Numbered from the stretch's first letter, positions 31,901 through 47,033 are shown. The stretch is DNA of 64,000 nucleotides from an uncultured Planctomycetota bacterium (GCA_963823665.1 CAWGMQ010000004.1:1344001-1408000), one strand, 5' to 3'. The notes: a model not told the origin generated them from the letters alone. A program made the numbers and translations.

Positions 31901-34019
31901 CGTGGCGACGTTCACGGGCTTGGTGATCCGAGATAAGATCGACGTGCAGCGAAAGGCAACATACGCCGCAGGGCTGGTGCAACGGGTTCTCGATGCGGAG
32001 ACTGCGCAAGCGCTGGGCGTTGTGTCCGAGATGGTCGAGTATCGCAAGTGGACCGATCCGCTGCTACGTGAAGAAATCGACAAGGCGGCAGACAAATCCC
32101 GGCAGAAGCTCCACGCCAGCCTGGCACTATTGCCTGTGGACGCCACGCAGGTCGTCTATCTTCGAGGCCGGCTACTCGATGCCGAACCTCGTGACGTGCC
32201 GGTGATCCGAGACGCACTGGCCCCGCACAAGGATGATTTGCTGGACGCGCTGTGGGCGGTGGTGGAAAAGCCCGACAAGGACAAGGGATCGCAGCGGCTA
32301 CGCGCGGCGGCGGCGCTGGCGAAGTACGACCCGGTGAGCGAGAAGTGGACGAAACGCAGCCCGCTGGTGGTCAATGATCTCGTGCTGGAAAACTCGCTGC
32401 ACCTGGGTCAGTGGAGCGATGCATTCCGGCCCGTGAAGAAGTCGTTGTTTGCTCCGCTGGCCGACATCTTCCGAGATCGCAACTCGGAGCACGCGTCTGA
32501 ACGCACGCTGGCAACCAACATCCTTGCCGACTATGCGGCCGACCAGCCGCAAGTTTTGGCCGATCTGCTGATGGACGCCGACGAAAAGCAGTTCGCTGTC
32601 ATCTACCCGAAGTTCAAGGATGGTGGTGAGCAAGGAGTGCCCGTGCTGGCCGGGGAGATCGACAAGAGACTCCCGCCCGGCCTGCCCTCCTCGGACGACA
32701 AGCGGGAGAAGCTGGCGAAGCGGCAAGCGAATGCGGCGGTGGTTCTCTTGAGGATGAACCAGCCCGCAAAGGTCTGGTCGCTGCTCCAGCACAGCCCCGA
32801 TCCGCGTTTGCGGAGCTACCTGATCCATCGGCTGGCTCCGATGGGGGCGGACGCTGGCGCCATTGTGAAGCAACTCGGCACTGAATCGGACCTCACGATT
32901 CGTCGGGCGCTCTTGCTGAGTCTGGGCGAGTTCGGCGAGCAGGAATTCACGCCGGACGACCGGAAAGCCGTGCTGCCGAACTTGAAGGAGATGTACCGGA
33001 CGGCGAGCGACCCCGGCCTTCACGCGGCAGTGGAGTGGCTCCTGCGGCAGTGGAAACAAGATACGTACCTGACACAGACGAACGACGAATGGGCAAAGGA
33101 TGCCGAGAGGCGAGAAAGGAAGATCGCCGGGATCAAGGAATTGTTAGCGAAGAACAGGGAGAAGACCCCGCCACAGTGGTATGTCAACACGCAGGGCCAG
33201 ACGTTCGTCATGATCCCTGGTCCAGTGAAGTTCGTCATGGGATCGCCGCTGACGGAAGTGCGCCGCGAATTGCCGGAGGTAGAGCACAAGAAGCGCATCG
33301 GTCGCACGTTTGCCCTGGCCGCCAAGCCGGTGACGCTCGCGGAATACCGGCGGTTTGATGAAGCGTATGTTACTCGGCGAAAGGAGCTGTGGAAGCGCCA
33401 GGTACGCTCGGACGACAGTCCCGCGCTCGGGATGTCCTGGTATCAGGCGGCGGCGTACTGCAACTGGTTAAGCAAGCAGGAAGGAGTGCCCGAGAGCGAA
33501 TGGTGTTACGAGCCGGTGCAAGAGAGCGGGGCCGTGCCTTCGGGCTATAAAGAGGGCATGAAGATGGCACGGAATTATTTGCAGCGCAAAGGCTATCGGT
33601 TGCCGACGGAAGCTGAGATCGAGTATGCGACTCGCGCGGGGGCGGTGACGGCGCGCTATTACGGTGAGACAGAAGAACTACTGGAGAAATACGCGTGGTA
33701 CAACAAGAATGCGCGGGAACAGACGTGGCCGGTGGGGAGCACGAAGCCAAACGACTTGGGGATGTTCGATACTCAAGGAAATGTGTTCACGTGGTGTCAG
33801 GATCGTTTCGACAGCCATCGCCAGAACACTGGCAACGGAATGAGCGAGGACAACGAAGACGCGGTGTTAGCGGTCGCCAGTGCCGATCAACGTGTGTTGC
33901 GTGGCGGCGCCTTCGACAATGTTGCGTCCCTCTTGCGCTCCGCATACCGTAACATGAATGTCCCGGCGACTCTTTTCATCCGTTTCGGTTTTCGTTTGGC
34001 GAGGACTGTTACCCCGTAA
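28947..34019 (+). CDS. Ser/Thr kinase - STAND-like NTPase - helical region - FGE/SUMF1 domain protein
   Basis: GQGGFG/HRDIKPAN/DFG; GPSGCGKS Walker A, LVLDQFE Walker B; RLPTEAEIEYA, PNDLGMFD, RVLRGGAF, FGFR. Confidence 0.92.
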   Translation: MSSPALVESIFFAALEKKTTAERANYLDKACGADLALRLRVERLLDAHPRAEQYLAQPAVDRDAFDPHDAALDSKSLASTSRSQSIPQNPSARDALSDTFADEHDGGGAAPAASDARIDQTRHGSAPIERADLNGATRDLPRTEPGRVGMGVFDETGQISLTGTIGVQDGDRSRVGRYRVIRRLGQGGFGTVYLARDDDLDRPVAVKVPNRERITRAEDVEAFLVEARTLAKLDHPNIVPVFDVGRAEDGLCFVVSKFVEGSDLSVRMEQGRPSFRDSAHLVAAVALALHYAHTRGLVHRDIKPANILIDAAGKPCVADFGLALKDEDFGKRGGMAGTPAYMSPEQARGEGHRVDGRSDIFSLGVVLYQLLTAERPFGGDSLLEIIESVKTAEPRRPRQIDDTIPRELERISLKALAKRAAERYTTAADMAEDLRHFLDHADSPAVSSNPPLIELLSPGTAQERALRPATTSTLASEQRPIKIIPKGLRSFDEHDADFFLGLVPGPRDRDGLPESVRFWKKRIESTDSEKTFRVGLIYGPSGCGKSSHVKAGVLPRLARHVLPVYIEATPEETESRLLNGLRKVSHDLPPEADLVDSLAEIRTGRSLPAGQKVLLVLDQFEQWLHARRGAQNMELVTALRQCDGEHAQAIVMVRDDFWMAATSFFDDLETELILRQNAVAVDLFEPRHARRVLKALGTAYGNLPARTVDISRDQNAFLDQAISGLTQDGKIISVQLALFAEMVKGKPWAKTTLTEVGGIQGLGSTFLEETFSGSTARPEHRLHQNAAQAVLKALVPESGIDIKRQMRSRQELLEASGYANHAGDFDELIHILDHELRLITPTDPEGSAFRGGRGADDAGPKNEDAAPQVDRDDSSLPGPSSVLHPPSSAIRCYQLAHDYLVHSLRDWLTRKQRETRRGRAELRLADGAAVWSARPENRQLPSLLAWLNIRWWTQKKNWTLPQRKMMAKAGKYHALRGMVVGVLLAVATFTGLVIRDKIDVQRKATYAAGLVQRVLDAETAQALGVVSEMVEYRKWTDPLLREEIDKAADKSRQKLHASLALLPVDATQVVYLRGRLLDAEPRDVPVIRDALAPHKDDLLDALWAVVEKPDKDKGSQRLRAAAALAKYDPVSEKWTKRSPLVVNDLVLENSLHLGQWSDAFRPVKKSLFAPLADIFRDRNSEHASERTLATNILADYAADQPQVLADLLMDADEKQFAVIYPKFKDGGEQGVPVLAGEIDKRLPPGLPSSDDKREKLAKRQANAAVVLLRMNQPAKVWSLLQHSPDPRLRSYLIHRLAPMGADAGAIVKQLGTESDLTIRRALLLSLGEFGEQEFTPDDRKAVLPNLKEMYRTASDPGLHAAVEWLLRQWKQDTYLTQTNDEWAKDAERRERKIAGIKELLAKNREKTPPQWYVNTQGQTFVMIPGPVKFVMGSPLTEVRRELPEVEHKKRIGRTFALAAKPVTLAEYRRFDEAYVTRRKELWKRQVRSDDSPALGMSWYQAAAYCNWLSKQEGVPESEWCYEPVQESGAVPSGYKEGMKMARNYLQRKGYRLPTEAEIEYATRAGAVTARYYGETEELLEKYAWYNKNAREQTWPVGSTKPNDLGMFDTQGNVFTWCQDRFDSHRQNTGNGMSEDNEDAVLAVASADQRVLRGGAFDNVASLLRSAYRNMNVPATLFIRFGFRLARTVTP
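31495..31617. repeat. Inverted heptamer arrays in-frame inside the kinase gene
   Basis: gcggagg/gcggggg/gcggacg/acgcagg/gccgaag/aatgaag, then the complementary cctccat/cctccgt/cctccgc. Confidence 0.6.
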
Positions 34020-34067
34020 ACGCGTACCCAAGCGGGGTCGAAAACGCAGCGGATCAATACACTTAAT

Positions 34068-34111
<44 letters not shown>

Positions 34112-34426
34112 GGGCATACTTTTATGCGATGCCGCGTCGTAAGTCTTTAATCTATAGTCTGTTGGAGAAATACCCTAGCGGAATGGCGTTTTCCAGGGAA
34201 TCGAGAGTTTTCCGGAGTTTTTCAAAGTTTTACTACCGTTTCTCTGCCGCGGCAGAGAAACTCTGCGCCGCCGGGCGCGTTCTTCGCCCTCCCCCGCTGC
34301 CAACTCCGAAGGTTGCCGCGTGCCACTACCGCGATGATAATCGAGGACTCCTCCCCCGGTCAAAACAAGCCAAGACTTGTCTGGTGTCTCTCGGCCAAGC
34401 GATGCGCAGCGTGACGTTTTCCCCCC

Positions 34427-34455
34427 AGAGGATTTTAAGTACTCGTTGTCTGCCA
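34427..34455 (-). repeat. tRNA-Leu(TAA)-like scrap (D-arm/anticodon region)
   Basis: 23/29 identical to 62226-62254; minus strand reads TGGCAGAC...CTTAAAATCCTCT. Confidence 0.5.
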
Positions 34456-34732
34456 TAGACGTGGCATTGGGCTGACGTAGGAGTGGCGTTTAAGTCGTCG
34501 TCCGATCAGTCAGTTACGTCGCTTGCGTTCCGTAAATAGATTGCAGCCGCATTGGAGTCGCACGGCCAGTACTCTTACCAAATTCTTACCAAGTCGGGCC
34601 GCTCCCCATCCTACCGCCGAGGTCCCCAGGTCGACGATCCCCCCGTTTCGACGGCTGACGGCAGGGCAGCCGGTTCCGGCCTGCATCGGCGACGCGCCGC
34701 TCTCACCGATCTGCTTCCTCCCCGGCCGTGCC

Positions 34733-35194
34733 ATGGTGATCATGCAGGAGATCGCGGCCCAAGCACAACAGTTGCTGGCGGTTGGTTTGAGCCTACGGGA
34801 GGTCGCCGAGGAGCTGGGCCTCAAGCCAGACACGCTCCGCAAGACGATTCGGCAGGGACGACTGATCCGGCCTTGTCCCCAAGCACCCGGTGAGCCAATA
34901 CCCGAAAATGCACCTGGTCCACAACAACCGGCTGCCACCGACAAGTCCACGCGGGCCGCCCTTGATGCCGTAGCCGAATTGGGGACGGCGTGCACACGGC
35001 CTAACGAACGCGTCCTGGCGGCAATCGGTCTTCTCAACGGGGCATCGACCCGCTTTGAAACCTGTCGTGACGTCTTCTTTGGCGGCGTGCTGTGTGCCCT
35101 GCCGGCCTTGACGGAGAACGGGCTGTTTCGACACCTCCACGACTGTCTGGCAGAAGTACAGCCCGGGATGCCCATGCAACGAAGCAGACGCTAG
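34733..35194 (+). pseudogene. Putative transposase remnant (HTH plus partial body)
   Basis: LSLREVAEELGLKPDTLRK HTH; DKSTR..D...LGTACTR..ERVLAA; GGVLCALPAL; truncated. Confidence 0.5.
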
Positions 35195-35308
35195 CGCATC
35201 GCGGACGTCAGACATCTCGTGAGGGTGAAAACTCAATCCGTGCATTATCTCATTGCCTCTTTGTGGAGTCTGTCGGCGATTAAACCGCCTAAGCGGCAAC
35301 TCTCCCCA

Positions 35309-36707
35309 TCACGAAGACGGCCTCTCCGTGCGCTGACGCGTTAGTAGCAGGGCGAGTGTGCACGACGCCATCCGGCTCAAGCGCCCGTCGGCCCGGCTGG
35401 TAAGGGCAATGGGCACGCGCGCGCCGAGCACGATACCTGCCGGCAATGCATCGGCCAGGTACTCCAGCTGTTTCACCAGCATGTTGCCAGATTCGAGGTC
35501 CGGGACCACGAGGATGTCGGCCCGGCCGGCCACCGGCGAAATGATACCCTTGACCTTGGCCGCCGCCTCCGAAACCGCGTTGTCAAAAGCGAGCGGGCCG
35601 TCGATCACGGCCCCGGTGATCTGCTGGCGGTCGGCCATCTTGCAAAGAGCCGCTGCGTCCAGTGTGGACCGTAGCTTCGGAGTCACTGTCTCGACGGCCG
35701 AAAGGATCGCCACTTTGGGGGTTTCGATCCCAAGCATGCGCGCTAGGTCGATCGCATTTTGCACGATGTCGTGTTTGGCCTCGAGATCGGGGGCGATGTT
35801 GATGGCGGCATCCGTGAGGAAGAGGAGGCGGGGATACTCGGGGGCGTCCATCACGAATACGTGGCTCATCCGCCGGGCTGTACGGAGACCTGCGTCCTGG
35901 GCCACGACCTCGTGCATCAACTCATCGGTGTGCAAACTTCCTTTCATGAGGGCCTCGACTTTGCCGGCGTGGGCCAGGGCGACCGCCGTTGCGGCGGCCT
36001 CGTGGCTGTGCTTGGTCGGGATCAACTCATAAGGCGATAGATCGATTCCCTCGGCTATGGCGGCCGCGCGGATTTTGCCCTCCGGGCCAACGAGCAGCGG
36101 GGTTATCAAGTCGGCCTGAGCGGCATCGACGGCGCCTCGCAGCGAGTTGCCGTCGACCGGATGCACGACCGCCATGCGGATCGGCGCCAACCCCTTGGTC
36201 CGGGCGATAAGCTGCCGGAAACGGGCGCCGGGCTCATGAAGGTGGACCTCGGGGAGGAGGGCACGCGGGCGCTTGACTTTGTCGGTCGGGGCGGTGACCT
36301 GGGCAATGCCGCTGATGACGCGCTCGTCCTTCTGGTTCGTGCAGCGGCAGTCGAAAGTAACTCGGTGCGTCTCCGGGTCCTTGCCGGCGACGGTCACCGA
36401 GACGGTGACGGTGTCTCCGAGGGCGACGGGCGTCATGAATTTCAGTGTCTGGCCGACGTAGATCGTGCCCGGGCCGGGAAGCTTGGTTCCCAGCAGCGTG
36501 GAAATCGAGCGCCCCGCTCCACATGCCGTGGGCGATGATCGTGTGAAAGATGTCGCTGCGGGCGTACTCCTCGTCTACGTGGGTGGGGTTGATATTGCCT
36601 GACATGACGGCGAACAGTTTCACGTCTTCCGGCGTCAGGGTGCGGACCAAGCTGGCGGAATCGCCTACCTTGATCTCGTCGAACGTCTTGTTCTCGATGT
36701 AGTCCAT
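35309..36707 (-). CDS. Bifunctional MaoC enoyl-CoA hydratase/phosphate acetyltransferase (frameshift near 36500)
   Basis: IENKTFDEI, NPTH..IAHGMW MaoC; LMKGSLHTDEL, DGPLAFDNA, PDLESGNML, TSRAD. Confidence 0.9.
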
Positions 36708-36808
36708 GAACGCATCCTTCGATCTTGAGTTCTGCCATCGCGCTGGCTGTATGCTGCTTTCCACAGGCGTCGTTCGGTGACGGCGAATTCCCCGTCATCC
36801 GACGACGA

Positions 36809-39575
<2,767 letters not shown>

Positions 39576-39576
<1 letters not shown>

Positions 39577-42500
39577 CAGAGTTCTCCAAGCAAGGGGGGG
39601 TCCTTCATGGGCGAGGCGGTGCCGGGCCCCGGCTCGCGGCTGTGGTCCGGGGCGTAGCTGTCTCTGTCGGGTCGCGGGTCAGACGGAGCAGGCTGCCCCA
39701 CCTGGAGGGGATCCACTTCGCCAGACTCACCCTCTCGGGCGAAGCCCGGCGGGTCGTAGTGCGAGCTTTCGGGGTCGTCCGGGTAAATCGATGGCGAGCG
39801 GGCCCCTCTCCGGCCAATCACGATCGCGAAGATCGAGGGGACGACGAGCAAGGTCGCAAATGTCGACATCACGAGCCCGCCGATAACTGCCAGCCCGAGC
39901 GGTGCCTGCATCTGGCTCCCCCGCTCGAGGGCCAGCGCCATCGGCACCATGCCAACCGTCATCGCGCAGGCCGTCATCAAGATTGCTCGCAAACGTTCGC
40001 GAGCTCCAGCGACGGCCGCCTCGGTTGCGGACGCGCCTCCCTTCCAGTGGTCGTTCATGAACGCCACGAGCATCACCGAGTTAGACACCGAGACGCCCAG
40101 GCTCATGATCGAGCCCATAAACGACTCGATATTGAGTCCGGTGTTGGTCACGTAGAGTATGGTCGCGATCCCCGCGAGTACTCCCGGTACGGCGCTGATC
40201 GAGATCAGCCCCAGGCGCGGCGACTGGAAATAGGCGGTCAAGAGTACGAGGATGACCAACACGGCGACCGCCAAGCCGATCCCGAGCGCCCGGAACATCT
40301 CGATCATTGGCGGGAGCTGGCCCAGAGGCTCGACACGCACACCTGTGGGCGGTTCCCCGGCGGCGCCGATCGCCTTCGCGACCTGGCGCGAGGCCCGGCC
40401 CATGTCCTCACCCTCGACGTTCGCTGTCAGGGTAAGGTAGCGCTGCGACATGTCACGGTCGTATTCGCCGGGGCGGACGCCCTGTCGGACCGTCGCCACG
40501 TCGCGGATCATCAGGTTCACCAGAGGATTCACCGATGCGATAGGCAACGACTCGACGTTTTCTGGCCTGATCATCTTTGTGGGCGGCATCAGCACTTCCA
40601 CGAGGTAGTCAAAGCCCGTATTCACGTCGATCCAGTAGTTGAGATCAGTAAAGCGTGTCGACGATGTCGCCATGACGAGTGCCTTGCGGACGTCGTCGAC
40701 TGTGACATCGCTCAACCCCGCCTTCTCGCGGTCGATGGCGACCTCGACGGTGGGGTAGTCGAGAGTCTGCTCGAACTGCACGTCGCGAAGGAAGGGGATC
40801 CGTTTCATCTCGCTGGCGATCTTTTCCGCGTGCTTCCGGACGTCATCCAGATCGGTGCCGACGAGTTGAACCGCAATCGGCGTGGATGAGCCGAAGCTCA
40901 TGACCTGAGTCACGATATCGCCCGGCGCGAAGCCGAAGGTCGACTTCTTGGCTTGCTCCAGCGCCTTCGCCCTGGGCAATCCGCCCTGCTCCAGTCGAGC
41001 GGCGAGCCACGGAATCACCCGCTCGGGCAGTACCTTGCGGAGTTGCTCGCGAAACTCGGCGAGCTTGATCCCGCTGTCCTCTTCAAGCGCGACGCGCAGC
41101 TGGCCATCGTCAGGCCCGCGCATGAAGAGCACCATGTTGTCGATGCCAAAGTTCGGGGCGACCTGGCCGACGAAGCCCAATGTGATCGCGATGTTCTCGG
41201 GCTTTGCCTCGCGCTCGATCTCCTCGAGGCACTTCACTGCCATCTGTCGGGTCAACTCAAAGTTCGAGCCAGGCGGCGGCCGGAACCGGAGGACGAACTC
41301 GCCCGAATCCACCTGCGGGAACAACTCGGTGCCGACCTGCGACCCGAGCAACCAGAGGGTCAGTGCGCACGCCACGAGATATCCCGGAACCACCCACCAG
41401 CGCAGGCGCACAAACCGGTTTACGGCCTCGCCATAAGCCTTCGCCATCCGATCGAACAGGCCGCGATTCTCCGCGCCATGCCTCTTCTCCTTGAGCAGGT
41501 AGACGCACAAGATCGGTACGAACATGATCGAGAGCAGGTACGACGAGATCATGGCGAACCCGACCGCCAGGGTCAGCGGCATGAAGAGCGACCGGAGCGG
41601 GTCTTCCAAGATGAATGCCGGCACGAATACGGATAGGATGCACAAGAGCGCCAGCAGAATCGGGACGGCCGTGGCGTTGCTTGCGCAACACCGCCCTGGC
41701 GATTTTCGGCGTCGTCGCCATCTGCACGTGCAAGTTCTCGATCGTCACCGTCGACATATCGACGAGAATGCCGATCGACAGCGCCATGCCGCCCAGCGAC
41801 ATGATGTTAATCGTGTTGCCCGTGAGCCAGAGTCCGACGAAGGACCCCAGGAGCGCGAGCGGGATGTTGGCCACGACGACGATCACGCTCCTCCAGTCGC
41901 GGAGGAACAAGAGGATCATCAAGCCGGTCAAGCCCGCGCCAATCGCCCCCTCGGTGGCGACACTCTCGATCGCGGCCAACACGGTAGGTGACTCATCGAA
42001 CTCGAAGCTGATCTTAACCTTGTCCCTGTATTCTCTGGGGATGACGCTATGGAACAAACTCATCGACTTGCGGGTGTCCGCCACGACGGTCAACGTCGAT
42101 CCGGTGTCTTTCTTGATGATCGGCAGATAGACCGACTTCTTGCCGTTGACCAAAGCGTAGCCGTAAGTGACGTCGGTATCGTCCTGTATGGTTGCCACGT
42201 CGCGGATGTAGACGTTTCGCCCTAGTCTGAGCGGAATATCGCCCAAATGCTTGATGTCGACGACCGTCGCGTTGTTGGCGACAACCGGCATTGAGTCCTG
42301 GACATAGAGGTTGCCGTAAGGAATGATCGTGTTCCCCTTTGCCAGAGCATCGACGACCTGTTGCGGTGTCAGGTTGTAGTCGCGGAGCTTCTGGGGATCG
42401 ATGCGTATGACAATCGACCGCATGTTGGGACCGAACGGCGAGATGGCAACCGTGCCGGGGACGTACTTCTGCACCTGGGGACGGATGAGGTTCTGCGCCC

Positions 42501-42966
42501 AATCTCCCAGTTGGCCGAGCGAGGCTTCCGTGCTCTCCAGAACAAGGTAGCCAACCGGAACGCTGCCGGCGTCCATCCGCATGATCATCGGCGGCAATGT
42601 CCCCTTCGGCATCCACGACATCGCCCGGTCGGACATTGCCACGACCTGGGCCATCGCCTGCCCCATGTCGGTGCCGGGGAAAAACGAGAGCTCGCACAGG
42701 GCGACCTGCTGGATGTTCCGCGATTTGATGTCCCGGATGCCGTCGACGTACTGGAAATAGAGCTCGAGCTGGTTGACGATCAATCCCTCCATCTGGTCGG
42801 GACCCATGCCGATGTAGTCGAGAAAGACGTAGATCTTCGGCACGTTGAGCGAGGGGAAAATGTCCACTCGCATCTTGTTGTATGCCAGGGCGCCACCGCT
42901 GATCAGCGCCACGACCAGCATTAAAGTCGTTACTGGTCGCCGCATGGCGAAGATCGTTATGCCCAT
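39576..42966 (-). CDS. RND efflux permease, AcrB/CusA family (frameshift near 41680)
   Basis: RRPV, VDIFP, INIMSLGGMALSIGILVD, ERLRAILMT, APLGLAVIGGL. Confidence 0.9.
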
Positions 42967-43075
42967 GGGTCTCATCCTCTTCGTGGAACCGGGCCTAAAT
43001 TAACCTGCTGACCGCGACTAGTGACGCCTCTGCGTCTGGCGCGGTCTCTCCAGACAGTACGAGCTGATCTGGTCC

Positions 43076-44069
43076 TTAGCGAGCCAGATCGGTGAGCAAT
43101 GCGATCAGCGCCGCCGGGATTGCCTTGCGCTCGGTCGAGGTTTGTTCGAACGGGGTCAGAACAAGCTGGCCCTGGATCTCACCCACCATCTTGTGCGATT
43201 GACCCTGTTCCAGAGCATCGACTGCGAAGGCCCCCGTTCGACTGGCCAGGATCCGATCCCGGACGGCCGGAGCCCCTCCGCGCTGGAGGTGACCGAGAAC
43301 CAGCAATCGCGTGTCGAAAGTCGCTCCTCGCTCGTTCATCTCCCGTCCGATCCGATGCACGCCGCCTTCGATCGCGCCCTCGGCCACGATGACGATCCAT
43401 GAGGTTTTGCCGCAACGCTGCTCCTCTTGCAGCCGCTTGAGGACTTCGTCGACCTGGAATGGGACCTCGGGAATCAGTGCGGCATCGGCTCCGGTCGCCA
43501 GCGCGGTGTGCATGGCGATCTGGCCGCTATTTCGGCCCATCACCTCGACGAGGAACAGGCGTTCGGTTGCGTCGGCGGTGTCGCGGAGCTTGTCCACGGC
43601 GTGCGCGGCGGTGCTGACCGCGCTCGTGAAGCCGATGCTGACGTCGGTGCCCGAGAGGTCGTTGTCGATGGTTCCGGGACAGCCGATGACCGCGCCATTC
43701 CAGAAGCGGGCCAGGTCGAGGCATCCCCGGAACGTGCCGTCGCCGCCGATTGCGACCAGACTGTCGATCCCATGTCGTCGCAGAACTGTCGTCGCGGCGC
43801 GCAGACCTTCCTCCGTCCTGAACCGCTCGCAGCGGCTGGTATGCAGGATCGTGCCCCCACGATGGATGATATTCGAGACGCTGCGCAGATGCATCTGGTG
43901 ATCTTTCCGGTGGAACGAATAGTAGAAGTCTTCGTCGAGCAGGCCCTTGTAGCCTCGCCGGATTCCCATCACCTCGATGTCCGCGTGGAAGTGCGGTCCG
44001 CACCACAGCACGAATACAGGCATTCATGCCGGGAGCGTCACCGCCACTCGTGAATAATCCGATACGCAA
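43076..44069 (-). CDS. pfkA: ATP-dependent 6-phosphofructokinase (frameshift near 5' end)
   Basis: TSGGDAPGMNA, IGGDGT, PGTIDND, VEVMGR, LGHLQRGG. Confidence 0.92.
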
Positions 44070-44082
44070 GGGTTGAGACTCC

Positions 44083-44307
44083 TCACCGACAGCTCATGAA
44101 ACGTAGGAATCCGTTCCGCAGTGGCTCTCCTCCAAATTCGGCCAGCTCTGGGGTTAGCTGCTGTGCGTCCATCGCCCGCACCCCCGGCAGTCTCCAGTCT
44201 GCGATGGCCGCCGCCGCGCGCGGTCCGGCGGAGTCATCGGGGCGAAGAGAGCTACCGTAGCCGATGACGATGATCTCTTTAGACGTCGATCTACTTGGGA
44301 TTGCCAT
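44083..44307 (-). pseudogene. hoxW: Truncated [NiFe]-hydrogenase maturation protease
   Basis: VIGYGSSLRPDDSAG and QQLTPELAE, then similarity stops; only 74 aa. Confidence 0.75.
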
Positions 44308-44311
44308 AGTC

Positions 44312-45736
44312 TCAATTCCTCCATAAGTCGTCGTGGACGGTCCCATCCGGGCCGACGAGCCGCACGTGCAGGCGCATCATACCGACAGCGTGGGTCGAAC
44401 AGCTCAGGCAGGGGTCGAATGCGCGGATACCCGCCTCGAGGCGGTTCAGGACGCCCTCCGGGATCGCGGCGCCCTTGACGAAATGCTGCGCGATCTGGGC
44501 CATGGTCCGGTTCATTGCCAGGTTGTTCTGGCCCGTGGCGATGATCAAGTTGACTTTCTGGATTAGCCCATTATCGTCCACGTGGTAATGGTGGAAGAGG
44601 GTGCCGCGGGGCGCCTCGCTCACGCCGACGCCCTCGGGCATGTTGATCCCGGCGTGGGCCCGGAGCCGTTCCGATAGGAGGTCCGGGTCGTCCAGCAGAC
44701 ACTCGATGGACTCAACCGCAGCCAGGATCTCGATAAGGCGTGCGTAGTGGTACCAGAACGATGAGTTCACCGTGCGGCCGCCCCGCTGGCGATACTCCTC
44801 AAGCTCGGCGTCGGCGAGCGGTACCCCGATCCGCGTACACACGTTGAGCCTCGCCAGCGGACCGACGCGGTAGATCCCCTCCGGGTACCCGAGCGGGAGG
44901 TAGTATGGCGATTTCAAGTAGGAGTCGGGCTGGACCGATTCACCGATGAAGTCGCGGTAGCGGGCCGCTTCGAATCCGTCGGCGACGATGTGGCCCTGGG
45001 AGTCGGTGACGCGAATCCGGCCGTCGTAGTGCTCCCACGACCCGTCGGGACCGATCAAGCCCATGAAGAGGGTCGGGAAGTTGCCGAAAGTCTCGGACTC
45101 TTCGCGAAAGCGAACCAGCAGATCCTTGAAGCGGACCAAGGCGGCCTGCACGGTCGCCTTTGCCTCGGGGACGCGGGCGCGGATCAACTCGCGGTGCTCC
45201 GCGGTCAGGGGCTCGCGCACACCGCCAGGCACAGACCAGGCTGCGTGGATTTTTCTGCCCCCCAGAGCCTCGATGATCTCCTGGCCAAACTGCCGCAGTC
45301 GGATTCCGCCGCGAGCCAGCTCGGGTTCGGCCTCAATGAGACCGAAGATGTTCCGATGGGCCGGGTCGCTGTCCATCCCCAGCACGAGGTCCGGTGCACT
45401 GAGATGGAAGAAGCTCAGCGCGTGGGACTGCACGATCTGGGCCAAGTTCATCAGTCGCCGGAGCTTGGCGGCCGCCGGCGGGATGGTTACAGACAGGAGC
45501 GCATCCCCGGCCTTGGATGAGGCGATGAGATGGCTCACCGGACAGATCCCACAGATGCGCGATGTGATCCCCGGCATTTCCCAGAACGGACGCCCCGCAC
45601 AAAAAGCCTCGAAACCGCGGAACTCAGCAACGTGGAACCGCGCGTCGGCGACGTGGCCCTGGTCGTCAAGTTGAATCGTGATTTTGGCGTGCCCCTCGAT
45701 CCGTGTAACGGGGTCGATTACGATTCGCTGCGTCAT
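44312..45736 (-). CDS. hoxH: Bidirectional [NiFe]-hydrogenase large subunit (group 3d)
   Basis: [21 protein letters not shown] (L1), [17 protein letters not shown] (L2) plus C-terminal extension. Confidence 0.95.
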   Translation of the reverse strand: MTQRIVIDPVTRIEGHAKITIQLDDQGHVADARFHVAEFRGFEAFCAGRPFWEMPGITSRICGICPVSHLIASSKAGDALLSVTIPPAAAKLRRLMNLAQIVQSHALSFFHLSAPDLVLGMDSDPAHRNIFGLIEAEPELARGGIRLRQFGQEIIEALGGRKIHAAWSVPGGVREPLTAEHRELIRARVPEAKATVQAALVRFKDLLVRFREESETFGNFPTLFMGLIGPDGSWEHYDGRIRVTDSQGHIVADGFEAARYRDFIGESVQPDSYLKSPYYLPLGYPEGIYRVGPLARLNVCTRIGVPLADAELEEYRQRGGRTVNSSFWYHYARLIEILAAVESIECLLDDPDLLSERLRAHAGINMPEGVGVSEAPRGTLFHHYHVDDNGLIQKVNLIIATGQNNLAMNRTMAQIAQHFVKGAAIPEGVLNRLEAGIRAFDPCLSCSTHAVGMMRLHVRLVGPDGTVHDDLWRN

Positions 45737-45786
45737 GGGCTTGCCTTCGATCTCCGCGCTTGAGCTCTGAACAGGACGTTTCGGTT

Positions 45787-46329
45787 TCAGCCAAACTTGA
45801 TCTCTCGACCATTGAGGTGGGGGATTGCTCCTGCAATCAGTTGTTCCAACACGGCCCGGATCGTCGAAGCGGGCGGAGGACAGCCGGGGATGTAGAAGTC
45901 CACAGCCACGACGGCGTGAACTGGCGTGACCTGGTCCAGCAAAACCGGCAGGATGCCCGGCTCTTTGGGAATCGCCGCGTGGAGGTCGCCGTTCTCCTTG
46001 TAGACTCGCGTGAGGACGGGTAAGGCGGAACCCAGTCGGTTGCGCAGGGCTGTGACGTTGCCCGTCACGGCGCAATCGCCGAGGGAGATTAGCATGCGGG
46101 TCCGCTCGCGCACCCGGTGGACAAAAGCCAGATGCTCCTCGTTGGCAACAGCCCCCTCGACCAGCACCGCATCAACACCCTCGGGATAGACCTTGGCGTC
46201 GATGAACGGGGAGAAAACGAGGTCGACCTTGCCGGCGAGATCGATGAGGAACTCGTCAAGGTCGAGGAACGACATGTGACAGCCCGAGCAGCCACCGAGC
46301 CACACCGTGGCAAGCCTCAAACGATTCAT
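45787..46329 (-). CDS. hoxY: Hydrogenase small subunit
   Basis: [24 protein letters not shown]. Confidence 0.93.
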   Translation of the reverse strand: MNRLRLATVWLGGCSGCHMSFLDLDEFLIDLAGKVDLVFSPFIDAKVYPEGVDAVLVEGAVANEEHLAFVHRVRERTRMLISLGDCAVTGNVTALRNRLGSALPVLTRVYKENGDLHAAIPKEPGILPVLLDQVTPVHAVVAVDFYIPGCPPPASTIRAVLEQLIAGAIPHLNGREIKFG

Positions 46330-47033
46330 TGTTTTCTCTCCCGCGCCTCGATCAGGAAGGCGAGCTTGGACCGATCGTGCTCCAGCTCCGCGACGGTGTC
46401 TCCCCGGTGGAACAGAGCGCCGGTGGGGCAGGCCATCACACACTTGCCGCATGACGTGCATGTGGATGACTCGCCCCAGGGCTGGTTCATGTCGGTGATG
46501 ACGCGAGAGAGGGTCCCGCGGCCGGCGACGTCCCAGGTATGTGCGCCCTCAATCTCGTCGCAGGCGCGCACACAGCGCGTGCAGAGAATGCAGCGATTGT
46601 GGTCCACCCCGAACCGCTCGTGGCTGAGGTCCACCTGGCAATCTGGGTTCAGGTAATCAAGCTCCACATGGTCCATACCGACGGCGATGGCCAGGTCCTG
46701 AAGCTCGCAGTCGCCGTTCGCAACGCAGACCGAACAGACGTGGTTGCGTTCGGCGAAGAGAAGCTCCACGATCGTGCGCCGGTAGTGGCGGAGCCGATCT
46801 GTGTCAGTCTGAACGACCATGTCTTCGACGACCTTCGTCACGCAAGCCGGCTGGAGGCGGCCCTTCTCACTGATCTCGACGAGGCAGAGCCGGCAAGCGG
46901 CGACGTCGGTGAGTCCGTCAAAGTGACAGAGGGTCGGGATCGCAATCCCGGCGTCGTGCGCGGCCTCAAGGATGGTCTCGCCCTCTCGCGCGCTGACCAG
47001 CTTACCGTCGATTGTGAGCGTCCTTACTGCCAT
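46326..47033 (-). CDS. hoxU: Diaphorase Fe-S subunit
   Basis: [40 protein letters not shown]. Confidence 0.93.
   Translation of the reverse strand: MAVRTLTIDGKLVSAREGETILEAAHDAGIAIPTLCHFDGLTDVAACRLCLVEISEKGRLQPACVTKVVEDMVVQTDTDRLRHYRRTIVELLFAERNHVCSVCVANGDCELQDLAIAVGMDHVELDYLNPDCQVDLSHERFGVDHNRCILCTRCVRACDEIEGAHTWDVAGRGTLSRVITDMNQPWGESSTCTSCGKCVMACPTGALFHRGDTVAELEHDRSKLAFLIEARERKQ

Noticed and set aside
39642..40889. Long antisense ORFs here and opposite other genes
   Set aside because: Shadow ORFs expected from high-GC codon bias opposite well-supported genes
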